Shown piece by piece: positions 14,001 through 26,500 of a stretch of DNA of 64,000 nucleotides. The translations under genes and the position numbers were made by a program. The stretch's first letter is position 1. Each line of letters begins with the position of its first letter. The stretch spans positions 9,511,846-9,575,845 of the forward strand of contig CM082577.2 in the NCBI GenBank assembly GCA_040954595.2. Reading direction: 5' to 3'. Source of the DNA: Balanoglossus misakiensis (Eukaryota; Animalia; Hemichordata). The notes below the pieces were generated by a model. It did no database searches. It had not been told where the DNA came from and saw only the letters and a list, made by a program, of their open reading frames with translations.

Positions 14001-14509
14001 ATTTTGACCTTTTGTGATATCGAGAATGACTGTATAATTTTTACATGGAGTCACGCACTGTACACAATGATGTTGATGGATGTTTTCAAATTGCCAAATT
14101 TATAATAACCCCTTTGCTGTGTCATTACGCCCACCGAAATATAATATCTGTTCTTGCCATCTGAACTTGTGTACCAAATTTGACTTGAATCCATTCAGCC
14201 GTCTTGAGATACGTGTATCATGTAAACAGACAGACAGACACACAGAAATCGGCACGACATAATGAGCTCACGTACGTGTGTTAACCCCCGGAGCTAAAAT
14301 GCTATATGACCCATATTTCAAGCTGGACCTTGAGTTACATGTTTTTCCCAGGCACCCGTCGTCCGTACTCTATGGCCTCTACCAGGTAGCAGGTAAAAGC
14401 CTCGTCACTATATCGAAGAGATCCAACCTACCTTACGTCCGTTCACAAAGAAAATAAACGCGTCTTCCGTAGCGACCGGAGCGCCGCCATTTGAAGTTGA
14501 ACGAGCCAT
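627..14509 (-). CDS. Xanthine dehydrogenase/aldehyde oxidase-family molybdo-flavoenzyme, copy A (multi-exon, apparently intact)
   Basis: Exon 1 14509-14432 ([26 protein letters not shown]), exon 2 13835-13778, exon 3 13652-13556 ([14 protein letters not shown]), fused exon 12854-12557 ([20 protein letters not shown]). FAD-domain exons lie at about 11.9-9.4 kb. Mo-domain exons include [30 protein letters not shown] and SSK/GVGEA. Terminal exon 668-627 reads [13 protein letters not shown]. No frameshift or premature stop was seen in the exons read. Confidence 0.95.
4415..4539. mobile_element. Hairpin MITE (CAATCTG...GATTG termini) with 9-bp target-site duplication, in an intron of copy A
   Basis: Long imperfect inverted repeat flanked by GTGTAGGGC (4406-4414) and GTGTAGAGC (4540-4548). 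Same termini as the element at 34510-34612. Confidence 0.8.
5205..5545. mobile_element. Non-autonomous DNA transposon with AGGGACAAAGTCT terminal inverted repeats (TTAA-associated, Kolobok-like)
   Basis: Left end AGGGACAAAGTCTCTCTCTTGCTGCC, right end GGCAGCGAGAGACAGACTTTGTCCCT followed by TTAA. A truncated second copy lies at about 50884-51085. Confidence 0.7.
8016..8067. repeat. (TCTG)n microsatellite
   Basis: Tandem TCTG/CCTG units seen directly. Confidence 0.9.
12855..13777 (-). other. Two adjacent U12-type (minor spliceosome) GT-AG introns flanking exon 3 of copy A
   Basis: Intron 2 (13777-13653): donor GTATCCTTG, branch TTTCCTTGAC close to CAG. Intron 3 (13555-12855): donor GTATCCACTT, putative branch TTTTCCTATGAC, acceptor AAG, no polypyrimidine tract. 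Confidence 0.8.
13010..13290. repeat. Compound pentanucleotide microsatellite (CATTG/TATTG/TGTTG/TATCG)n
   Basis: Seen directly. It explains the spurious CIALH/YCIVL ORFs. Confidence 0.95.
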
Positions 14510-15503
14510 GTTCAGTGAACTGGGTATAGGGCAGGTGCAATGGTGACCCCGAGTGTCACATAAAAGTGTATCGATCTAGGCCTATCACCTTTGTGTGACA
14601 CAGGTGTACGCTTGCTTATCGGGAGTATTCGACAAATGACCTTGAGCAATACTACGCTGTACCTCTGCCGAAAACTCGGAAACGGTGCCCTTTAAAGTAG
14701 TCGTTCGCACGAGAAAACACAGACACGAAATTAGCACTTGCAAAACAGTCGTCAGGGATGACAGGTATGGGAGTAATTAGCATAAGCCAGTGTCATTCGT
14801 CGACTCCGGGCTTTGTCTCGGCTGGGGTCTTTGTGACCCGTTTGTGGGTCTACTGCCTGCAGGTCATAGGGTAAAGCTAGGGTTCTAGACCCATAAGGGG
14901 GGAGGGGGGACTTGCGGACATAAAGGGGAAACCAACATTACATATCTGTAAAGATTTCAGTGCGCCCTTGTACATTGTACGATATAATATATATATATTT
15001 CAGCATACAGTTTGGGTGCAGGGGTATCACAACGTCTGTTTTCCTTAATTGCATATGTCTTGACTGCTTGTGATAACCTACAGAATTCCCTGTATTTTTG
15101 TTTACTTTACTCATTCCAACAATCGGCCGATGCAGCAGGGTGGAATGAAAAACGCCCAATTTTAAGGATTTAAAAAATATAGGATTCAGCACTGAGTAAA
15201 AATCTGGCGCAGTCTCAATCGTCCAGACCCGACAAGGATATCAAATGGTCCGCCCCTCAACTCACGTCGACCTCGATTAAACACAGCTTGGGGCAAGGTC
15301 ATCTTTGGTTCGCTGTTGGAAATCGGGTCAGCGGTGGGGTGGTTAGGAGTGTCAAATGGCTCAGGCAATGAGTATAGCGCTATAGGCAGGGAAAATTATA
15401 AAATTTGTTGTATTAGTTCAATAAAAATTGTGACTTTTATAGTGAACATGTAAGCTCGGCGTCTTTGATCTTGACAGCCTTTTTGAAACTCTTGCAAAAG
15501 CTT

Positions 15504-15529
15504 GTGTGTGTGTGTGTGTGTGTGTGTGT
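15504..15529. repeat. (TG)n microsatellite
   Basis: Seen directly. Confidence 0.9.
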
Positions 15530-15984
15530 CTGATCACGTGATGCTGAAGGTGACAAGAACTTAAATTGGTTCCCTGCCCCATTCCCGCAGCTGGTAAAAA
15601 GGAAAGGTTCGGGTATACATGTAGACTATTGTTAATACGAACATCGTGAGTGGACGACAGCTATTTCCAATATTACAACCTCGAAGTTTGAGTTTGTTTT
15701 CCAGACAAAATATGCTTTGGCAAAGTAGAATGAAAAATACTACTCATCGAACTCTGGAATTTTAATAGAATTTAAAATTAACTTCAAAAAACATTTAATG
15801 TTATTAATTATCATGATTTGATACATTTTCAAATATTAAACATCAGCTATTGTTTTTGATCTATACATATGGCTATTTTTGCATTCACAATTCGTTCTTC
15901 CTGGTCTGGTCTCTATTTTTTCTTATTTGTATGTACTTTATCATTTGTTTTGCTCTATAGTCAGTATGTAAACCTTCACTTCTG

Positions 15985-16149
15985 CAATCATATTCAACCA
16001 CGGTAGATACGCCAGGTGGTTACAGAATTAGGGTCTAACCAATCACGTTTAACTATGGTAGATACGCCAGGTGGCAACAGAATTAGGGTCTAACCAATCA
16101 CGTTCAACCACGGTAGATAAGCCAGGTGGTGACAGAATTATGGTCTAAC
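15985..16149. repeat. 55-bp tandem repeat x3 overlapping the stop codon and 3' UTR of copy B
   Basis: Unit approximately CAATCACGTTCAACCACGGTAGATACGCCAGGTGGTTACAGAATTAGGGTCTAAC, three imperfect copies. Confidence 0.9.
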
Positions 16150-19100
16150 GAAAAAGTCAGAGTCAGCAGCAGATTGTTGTTGTTCCTGAAAGGAAACAAA
16201 AGGAGAAGTTTGTGGTTCAGTACAGGACGAAAATGGGATATTGGGTATACATGCAAACGTTAGACAAATTACTGGGATACTATTAACGTGTGTGAAATAC
16301 TGCAGCCAATTGTGACAGTCATGTACATCAAGCACTTACAGTTAGTCAATCAGCAGGAATCCCCAACAATTTGAAAATGTATAGGCTAAACGATTAACGG
16401 TATTGTCAGAATGAGTTCATTCTTTCGGTTACATATAGTATTCCCATTACCTTATCTTTCCCTGGGAAGTTGTCAGCACACGCAAGTCGGATCCTTTCCG
16501 GAGTCGCGGGACTGTCTAATCTGAAGTGTCCGTCCACTCCAGCATCGACTCTGGCGGAGGATATGGCATCCTTTATGGCCAGGAAAGCCGCAAAGGCAAG
16601 GAGGACTGAGGCTTCTCCAACACCCTGGGTTTTATCACAAAAAAAGACAATAAAAGATCGACATTTACATCAACAGAAGTCTCTCTGTCAATCGATGACA
16701 CCATCTAATATACCCCTATACATTAGAATTTAAACATTTGGTGTCAAAATCATTTCAGAAACTACAGTATACTAGCATCATATCGTAGTATACATTTTAC
16801 TGAGTACCAAATATCACTGTTGTCAACCGTTATTATACAGACGACCACTACAACAGCACCAATACACAAAAGTATGCAAAATACATAAGCATATAACTAT
16901 TGAAGCATTGTAAACATTAAAAGAACGTTTTTGCGGATTTCAAGAACTGTATGAATGTTCATAACAATATTCGTGTGTCTTACGATTGTAAACAGCCAAT
17001 CACTGTTTGATAAACGATGTCCTTATATAGCAAATATTGCAACACCCCTAGTCTTCCAGGCTTCAAACGTTGTCACCAACACTAACCGTTATAGAACCTT
17101 CGTCCAACAACTACACTCACCTTCGAGGAATACACCCCAACTTTGCACGGCGCACCTTTCAGCAGCGTCACATTCAACTGGCTCGGGATATCACCAATCT
17201 GAGGTACCCTGTACATCCCAGGACCCTTTGTCAACAGTTTGCCCTGATTGGAATATCGCAGTTCCTCTAACGCGTACAATCCATAACCCTGCATAAATCC
17301 ACCTTCGATCTGCCAGAAAATTAAATGTATCTCTCAATTGATGAAGTACAATGGCGAGCTAGAATAAAACAATGACGTTTTATTTCAGGTTCTCTCAAAC
17401 AATTTATCGTTGGACTTTCTTTATCATAATTATGAACTTGCCTTCTTAAATTTATAGGCTAGGATTATCAATATAGGGAGCTTATCATTCGTCACCCTTA
17501 TAAAGCATTATTGGTATAGCAAATGCTTTTTTACCTGTCCTATGTCTACAGCTGGATTCAGGCTCTCGCCAAGGTCCATCACCAAGTCAGTTCGCTTCAA
17601 CTGGTGATCCCCAGTCAAGCAGTCTACCTCCACTTCACAACATCCAGCCCCGTAGTTGAAATAGTACTGGCAAATGCTGTCCTTGACATTGTCCCAGTCA
17701 TAGCCGACATGTTCTGGATATCTATACAAGAAGTTAAAGCGACGAAAATGGTCAACGAGTGTTTTATGCACACTGTATTAAATGTTATCAGTGGGGCAAG
17801 TAATGATTTGGTATTTCTGTTTGTTTTTCTTTACACATACATGTATTTAAGGTACAACTATACTAAACTTACGTCATTTTCTTCTCTTGAAAATGAGAGC
17901 TCATACATACTGTACTATACAGTACATTATGGCATGTAATTTTTAGTTTTGGCAATCGCCATTATTGCATGTAAGTTTTATTGAAGATATCTTCGTATGG
18001 AAGCCAGGTTCATTATTAAATGTCCATAATTTATATTTCTTATCCACACTGTCTTTCATGGCAAGAATAATTTACGTATGCACTTACTTGTAAAATCCAG
18101 ACGTGGATAGACTGACCCTTTTCATGTAAGCTGCATTCACCTGAAACAAAATGGAATCACTGTAAAATTGCATCACCCTGGATGTATTAACGTTTTGGCC
18201 CTCTTTTATTTGATCGTAGAATACACGAAAGCAGTGAAAGATCAACAGATGTGGGTTATTATTTGAGTTCGACAAAAAGTGTAATAATAATATGGGTATA
18301 CACAATAGACATTGTATAGCCATGTAAGCAACATTTAATCACTGCAGTTAGGAACCTAGGTATACCGTACACTCCGATCGGCCATGAACAAAAGTGTATT
18401 ACGCTTGTAAAGTGTTGTATTAGATTTACTCACCCAGTCTTTCCAGGATCCCTTGGGATTCTCAGACATAAATGGCTCCAGTCTCTTTAGAAGGGTTTCA
18501 CAAGCATTCTGTGAGCGCAATTACACACAGAGGTAATGAAGAAAGACAATAAACATGTTTTTTAGTTTTGAATGCATCATACATTACATGAATACCAAAT
18601 TGATCGCTACATAGAAACCACATTCTCCCACCATACACATAATTTAATCGATACTTCAGATAGGAATATTTCATTAACATGAGTTCCTACGCGTAAGTTT
18701 TTGATTATACAAGTTGTTTCACTTTTCTTTTCTTGTCCCCACCAAACACAATGTTTGACATCCTACAGCAAAGTGTCCAGGCCTCACCTTCACAGAATTT
18801 CCATGCAAGTCAGTCCCGGCCGAGCCACCTGTTGTGGGATTGTTCGGTGCCTTGTCCGTGCTGGTCTCATTGATGTGTATAAGTTCTGGGGGTATGCGCA
18901 GAGCACGGCTGGCAATTTGCACAGTTTTAGTGAACAGACCCTGGCCCATCTCTATGCCGCCATGGCTGATCAGCACCGATCCATCCAGGTAGATGTGAAC
19001 AAGTGATGTGGCCTTAAAAGGACAAACATAACAATCCATTATTGAGAGTCATATATAGTCAGTCTGTCAAACAGGCCAAGCTCTAAACCAGGGAAGCTTG

Positions 19101-22100
19101 AAAAGTTTAAGATTAATCCTTTATTAATCATTCTGAAGAGATTTTCAAAAGATGTATACATTGTATGTTTAAAAAATGTTGCAAACGTTTTCAAATTTTC
19201 CTGGCGACACATAAACCTGCATCTTTACTATTTTAGATTATTTTAATGTTATCCTTTTAACATAGTTAAGGGTAAGAAAAAGGGTCTGAAAAACATCCTT
19301 ATACTGCACTGTCCACTGATAATGCAAATTTCCACCAGAAATCTAGTACCCTGAATGACAAAAAGTGATTTTATGAAAAATGTTGTATCTTGTTTATGAT
19401 CATTGAATGTGGCTGTGTTAGTGAATGGAGATCTATATTAATTGCTGTTATTTTCTCCAGAGGAACATTGCAGTTACACACATGAAATTAGCATAAGAGA
19501 AAAAATACCTGGTTGACGAAAGGCACCGGCAAACCTAAGACTCTCTTCAGGGGTACAATTGCTAGTCCTCTCTTCTTCCAGCGATTTGCACTGTGAGCAG
19601 AATGTATATCGGTAAGTCATGAAGAAATGAAAGTGCTACTGTGTGGCTGGTGAGATTTGCAAGGGTATTTCATTCAAAGTGTTCCTTTCATCATGATATG
19701 GTCTTTAAAGGAACCTGCATACCGAATATCACTGAATTGTGTGTACAGTTTTGTGACTATCCTTGCAACTGGCCATGTAAATACTATACAAGACCTATGA
19801 ACTTTAAATATGGATAAGTATGATCGCAAATATTCTATACCTTATGAAATTTCTGTTGAAGATTACAGACCTATATAAGGATACGTCGACAGTTGCAGTA
19901 ATTTGCCTACCTGTTGAACTGATCAATCTCTGCTCTACGTTTGGAATAGTCACTTCTCTTAAGGCATTCATCCCAGCATCGTCGCAGGTTTACAATATCT
20001 GGGAGTTTCTGGTACACATTATCCAAATCGCCCTCCTTGTATAAATTGATTTCGCGGATCTATCAGTGAAAAATTTCAAAGTGACCAGAATTAGCGGTTA
20101 GTTTCTTAATTCAAGATAAATAATGTGCTTCCAACAAGTAAGCTTTTGGTTTTCAAGAATACATGTTGGTGAGCAGGATCCTGATATATAGACAGTGCCT
20201 GAAAGTCTCTGCTGTTGCAAAAGTTCAGGTTAAAGCACATTATGTACACATGTGAATGCGATTGCACAAGACAAATATATGAAGATGCAGCAGCTTTAAG
20301 TCTTAATGGTTAGGTAGACATAAGATATAAAGACATCCGTTTGTTACCTTTTCGCGAGGAATGCCAGATTTGTGGGCAATAGCATCCATTATCATTTCAA
20401 TAATCGCCATAGATTTCGGGGTGCCCGCACCTCTCATTGGATTGCAGGATGCAATATTGGTTTTGCAAATCCTGCCGGATATCTTGTAGACAGGGATCTT
20501 GTAGGCGTTGTGTACGTGTGTGAATGTCTGACCCATCACCTGCAGAAAGGTTAAAGTATTCCTTGTTTAATAATCAGTGACCGTAGTGCAGTGCCAGTAT
20601 TATAAAGCTTAACTCTCGTTGTCTGAGACCCACTAGTGTGAGATAAGTATATCACAAAAAGGGCATAAGGCTTGACAGCTTCCTTCTTTCAATGACAAGA
20701 TACATTTACTGCAGATGGAAAGTGCAGATCGTAGCATACTTGATCAACATAAGACGATGTCACTTACCACATAAGAAGCACCTTCATTACAGCCAGCATT
20801 CATATATAGTTCCATGTCTAGTGCCTTCAGTAATCCATCTTGATTGCAACCAACTTTATATCTTGCTAATGTAGAATGCCTGGTACCAGTAAACTGCATG
20901 TCCTCATCTCTTCCAAATATTAAACGTACTGGTTTTCCTGATCTGAGTTACAATGTAAAAAATGTCAAATCATCAGAAATATAGGTCATTGTCAGTGGCA
21001 TAGTTACTGCTGGGTCTGCTATGGGTAGAAACACTGTTCAAAGGAAAAAAGTATCACCACCAGTTGTTATAATCCTTGCAATAATGTGCTATATTGCTTT
21101 GTTTTAAAATGGGGCCGGGTATAATGTCTGTCAACAAAGGTGGGCTCCTGAAATATAATATTCAGATTTTGAACTTGTTGGTTTTCACAAAATACAAGAC
21201 AGCTAATTTGTTTTGACGGAGTCTCCTCGGCACACAATCAAGAGATGTATCCTGAACAGTCCTGTCCGCCTAAGGTCAATGTATGTTGGCTATATGCTTT
21301 ACTCACTTTTTGGCAGCAACTGCACACATTCTTGCCAAGGTTGATGCTGTAATTTCCTTGCCTCCAAATGCTCCACCCACTCTTCGAACTTTCACAGTGA
21401 TGTTACTAGCAGAAACACCTAGGGTTTCAGCCACTTGTGTCTAGCAGATGAAAATATATAAAAACAGAGACTGGTGGCCATTTTGAATTTCGAATTTGAT
21501 ACAATTCGAGACGAAAAATTGCAACATTGAACATTGCAGTATTGAACATCGAGTTTCAAGGCCTTGTCAGCTGAAACTGTTTGCTTGTGGACGTTATTCT
21601 TGTATCGATACAGAAGGTTCCTGGTTCGAATCCAAATCAGAAAGTACTGGTTTATTTATGATCATTATACAATCCATGTACAGTGTTGATTTTAACTGAC
21701 CTGAACAAACTGTGGCCACTGGGTTGATGACAAAACCAACATCTCATCCTTCTCCCCTGGCTTGACAATGCAGCTCTGTGTCTCCATGTAGTAATGGCTC
21801 TGAGCACCAACATATACTTCACCTTCAACCACATGGTCGGATTTTTCTAATTCCAATTCAACATTTCCTTCTTCAAGGAGCAGGGGATCTCTGTAGAATG
21901 CGTTATGTTTAATTGCATTCTATAAAAGACAATGAAGTATAGTTAATACCGGAGTTATATGATATGTCACTGCCTATATCTAATATGTTTTTTACTGATA
22001 ACTTGCGTCGAATCTTATTTGTATATTCAAATTTTGAAAATACGCTAAAATGGGGTTTTCTTGATTACAGGTTACATAAATTATGTAAATGAAGTAAATT

Positions 22101-23431
22101 TAGCCTTTATAATGCATTAATCTCCAACTCATGTAACCATTCATGTACAGTACAATTTCATAACCTTTGACTATAGATGTAACAAAATGGCTGACAAGCA
22201 CACACAAACCCATACCTGTATGGTAAGAATGCAATCTTTATCCTCATAAACAACACTGACAAGTTTAACGGCTTTGCGGGCAAGTTCTGGTGTTTCTGCC
22301 AATATCCCTCCAATGGCCTGACCAACATGAACAACCTGGAGTGAAATTGCACAAGGATTACAAAAGAACATTCTGGTTAGAGATTATTGTACGAAAAATT
22401 CAGTATCGGAATAATCCCTTCTCTCTTAACATATCTTATTTATTTTGAGTTGGAAATACATGTTTTGCCATGCCATGACCCTAAAACTTCTTACATGTAT
22501 ATGTACAGGACATACTTAAATCGGGCACATTATGTGCTAATATATTGACATACTTTGTCTGTTGCAAATGTTTCTTCATCTTCATCTTGTGGATGTTGAG
22601 CAGCCCAGGTATTCTTGCCAGGAACATCAGTAGCGTCTATGTAACCATGGACACCTTCGATCGACAGTGCAGCTGATGCATCAACAGAACTGTAAAGGAG
22701 GTAAGATTACAAATATAAGGTTTAATACCAAAACTGTGCACCGATCACTCGTGGGCTTGTTGTAAATTATCAGACACTGTTATCCATACTCACATTATCT
22801 TGGCATGCGGTCGAGTACTGTACACAATTGCCATGTGAAGTTCACCTAGGAGATAAAGACAAAGATAAACATCACACAAAATATAGTAAACATGTGCATC
22901 GATCCACATGACGTCACATGGACAAAAACGATGTACTGAAGACTATTCGGTGTCCACTTGATAGTATATAAGGCTTTTCTATGTGTAAGTATAGAAACTC
23001 AATCATAGACCACATAACTATATAGCGGTCCACAGTAATCAAAGCTCATTGATGTTCAAGCTACTGTATTGATTCAGGTGTCTCATCTCTGTCATGTGAT
23101 CCTACACTCAATTTATCCTATACTATCTTTGAAGTTTGAGTCACTCAACATTACCTGGTTCTTCATGTACATCATTACAGAAGACTGCTTCACCGGTCAC
23201 CAGCTGAAATCCAGACTCATGCATCACTGGGCGTCCGATGGGATCTATGATTGGTTGCCCCTCAGGTACAGCCTAAATATTAATTTCAGGATAGTATCAT
23301 ATAATGAGATTTGCGTTGATGTATGCTTTTATGCTTCTTAAGCCATATGTAATATATGTATGGCAAATGTATGTATGTATGTATGTATGTATGTATGTAT
23401 GTATGTATGTATGTATGTATGTATGTATGTA

Positions 23432-23510
<79 letters not shown>

Positions 23511-23529
23511 ATGTATGTATGTATGTATG

Positions 23530-23560
<31 letters not shown>

Positions 23561-26500
23561 TCTATATGTGTCATGTATTTTTTCTTGTGGTTCAGCTGTA
23601 AATGAAGTATTTGACCAAGACCTACCTGATAAAGTTGAGTGCCCGTGGTCACATCTTTCTTCATGTCCATTAATGCTGATTTGTCAACACTTGAAACTGA
23701 CTGGCCCCCTGCAGAGCCAGCATGCTGGTGAAACGAAAGACGAAACCAGATGATACCATATTTCACAAACACACACAGCCAATAGTATTTGCATATAAAT
23801 ATGTTTATGGCGTTAACAGAATTTTGTGGAGCCATATCAAGATCCATGATTTGGGCAAGTCCACCCACTTGATGTATAATTTTTTTTTTCCATGTAACAC
23901 TACAGCATATTAGGTCATCATAAAACTAATATTTTTTGTGTCCGTGCAAATGGCAGTACCAATAGTGTCCAGGTAAAGCTGCAAACAGGGAATTACATTG
24001 CACTAACCATTTTATCACTGAACTCATTCTGCACCTTTAGGTAGAACTTAAAGAAGAAACTCTGAAGTAGCGATCTTCTGTATTCAACCATCCCGCCATT
24101 GGGCGATAGCGGGAGTTCTGTGCTGAGCATGGATTGTACATCCTTCAGCAAACTTTCGTTCCAGTTCCTTGTGAAAATCAGAGACAAAAAGTTTTTATAA
24201 TTTTATCTATTGTGCATTCTGAGGATGAACCACTTACTTATCTGACTATTGCAAACGGAACTAATATAGGTAATGCTTTAGAAGGTTCAGCCAAATATAG
24301 CGCACAATCTTACCTGCCAACTATTTTCTCTGAAACATCTGTTGCCAAGACAACACAAGGTCCAATTCCCCCAAAGCTGAGGTTTGCTTCCTTAATGACA
24401 CCAGTGTTTTCTTCAAGCAGAACTCTGAAGCCGGCGTTTACCACGGCCACTTCTGTGTCACGACGGTGGACTTGGTTTTTGATCTTATACCCAGCAAAGT
24501 ATTCGTCCTTCAAGCAAGAAAAGTTAGATAAATACACAAGTTGGTCAAACCAAAAATAATTACAGGAAACTTAAATTTGACAAGCGCTAGGTTAAAGTCT
24601 GACTGTCCATACCTCGTGACTTATGTCAATATGTAAAAAAGATTATAATGGGTTAGAGGAAGCTAACCTGTGATGAAATTGGAATGGTTAAGGATAATAA
24701 TATTTCATCTTGATTCAAGCAGGTTTTCCTGTACCCGGTGAAGAAGGAGTTGTCGAGCTGCAGGGTACGATTTCCTCCTACAAAAGAAAATTAAATTGTT
24801 TATACTTATGTTGAAACAATAAGTAAAATGTAAAAATTGAAAATATTTACTTTGAAGTTTTAACAGTAAAAACTTATCCAGAAAACATATTACGTTAAAG
24901 TAAATGATAGGATATGTCATATGGAAGTGGTTGATAACAAAACAGGCCTGTCTTAATTTTCGAGTTGTACAACCTGCAAATGTTATAAACAGCACCAGTG
25001 AACGTGAACAATATGCCACTAACCCCGCACAGAGGTGATAGTTACTGTAGCCCCTGCCGCCATCAATAATGGGGTGATGTCAGACAAGGGACTTGCTGAC
25101 ATTATGTGACTACCAATTCCCTGTGAAAGACAACGGATACACATGGGTGGATAGTTTACCATTTAAAACATCGAATTCACTGCACTAACAAGTAATATAC
25201 ACAGAAGCAACTGTCAATTCAAATCAGTCCATTTTCAAATAAAAACTATACTCCTGTCCACATTTGTTTAGTCATGACAATGCAAATTTGTCTCCCCCCC
25301 CCCAAGATATTAAACAAGCAGCCTTTGAGGCATCTGTGCACACTGGCCATTTAAACCAAGTTCCATTAAAACCTGATTAACGTATACATAGGCATCAAAT
25401 ACTAACAGAAACAGAACGCCATCATTTACTTTTGATGTGCCGTATTACAGGCATTGCATAAGTTTGGTTCCAGTGTTAACACAACGCTGCGACAATACAG
25501 CAAATCAAATTTGAGACGGACGCGCAACTTACAGAAGCATTCCTCAGTTGACAGTCTCCAACCTCGTGTAGCATTTTCAGAACTTCCGAATACACTTGAC
25601 TTTTAGAACCTGGCATCACAGGAAAGATGATATTACTAGTACATAAATTAACATAATTTATTTTGTATGTGTTGGTCAGGAAAGTTTCAATACTTTGTAA
25701 TTTCTAGACAGACAACTGTGACTCATCATCTCGCATTTGCACACATTCGAAATTTTGGGATATGTGTCTAATATTATGATTTACTTACTTGGTAGTTCTT
25801 CAACACGTTCCTTCAACACTTCACACATGCGACTCAGTGTAACAGACGATCCCAGGGTGATTGCGTCATCGCTGACGACAACTTGACACAGTTCCGTCAC
25901 GTGAGACACCGACAACATAGTCTTGTTTTGCATCTTTTTGATTTGGGGGTCAAATCCTGCAAGGGTTCAAGAAAACTTTCAAATTGGATGACTGCAAGTC
26001 TAATCATGTGCACCATAGGCCTAATATGGACAATTTGAAGTATCACAGTTCAATCGTTTTAAGTGCCTGGGCAAACCCTTACCAACTTCAGCATTTCCAA
26101 CGAGCAAAACTGCATCGGATATTTCCGACTTCAAGCGTAGCAGGTCCTTCAGTGTCGTCGGTCGTATCCAGGTGGTTGACTTGCTGGTAAATTTTACAAG
26201 TCCAGAATTGTAGTCATCGTTTAACTGTCGGTCATAAAAAGGGGTCAATAATAAATGTCATTCAACATACTCAGCACTGCACTGACTACACTGACAAAAC
26301 ATATTCATAACTGTTGAAGTGAGTATTGCGACAAAGTTAGCCGTCTTGTCTAAAATAGTATAGAAGCTGCCATGGTATGATATTCATTGCTAGACCTAAT
26401 TCGATGAATGTATTTATGAAAGCCTAGCATAAGAAAGCCCAGGCAGCAGTTAAAATCCCACTAAGTATATGAAAAAGATGTGAAGAGTTTTGTAAAGCAA

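Noticed and set aside
15985-16149. CRISPR-like appearance of the repeated units
   Set aside because: Head-to-tail tandem repeat with no unique spacers, no cas genes, and a eukaryotic context.
23304-23868. ORFs with CMYV/HTYI repeats (also 33276-33599 and 39753-40030)
   Set aside because: Microsatellite artefacts; only the embedded true exons are coding.
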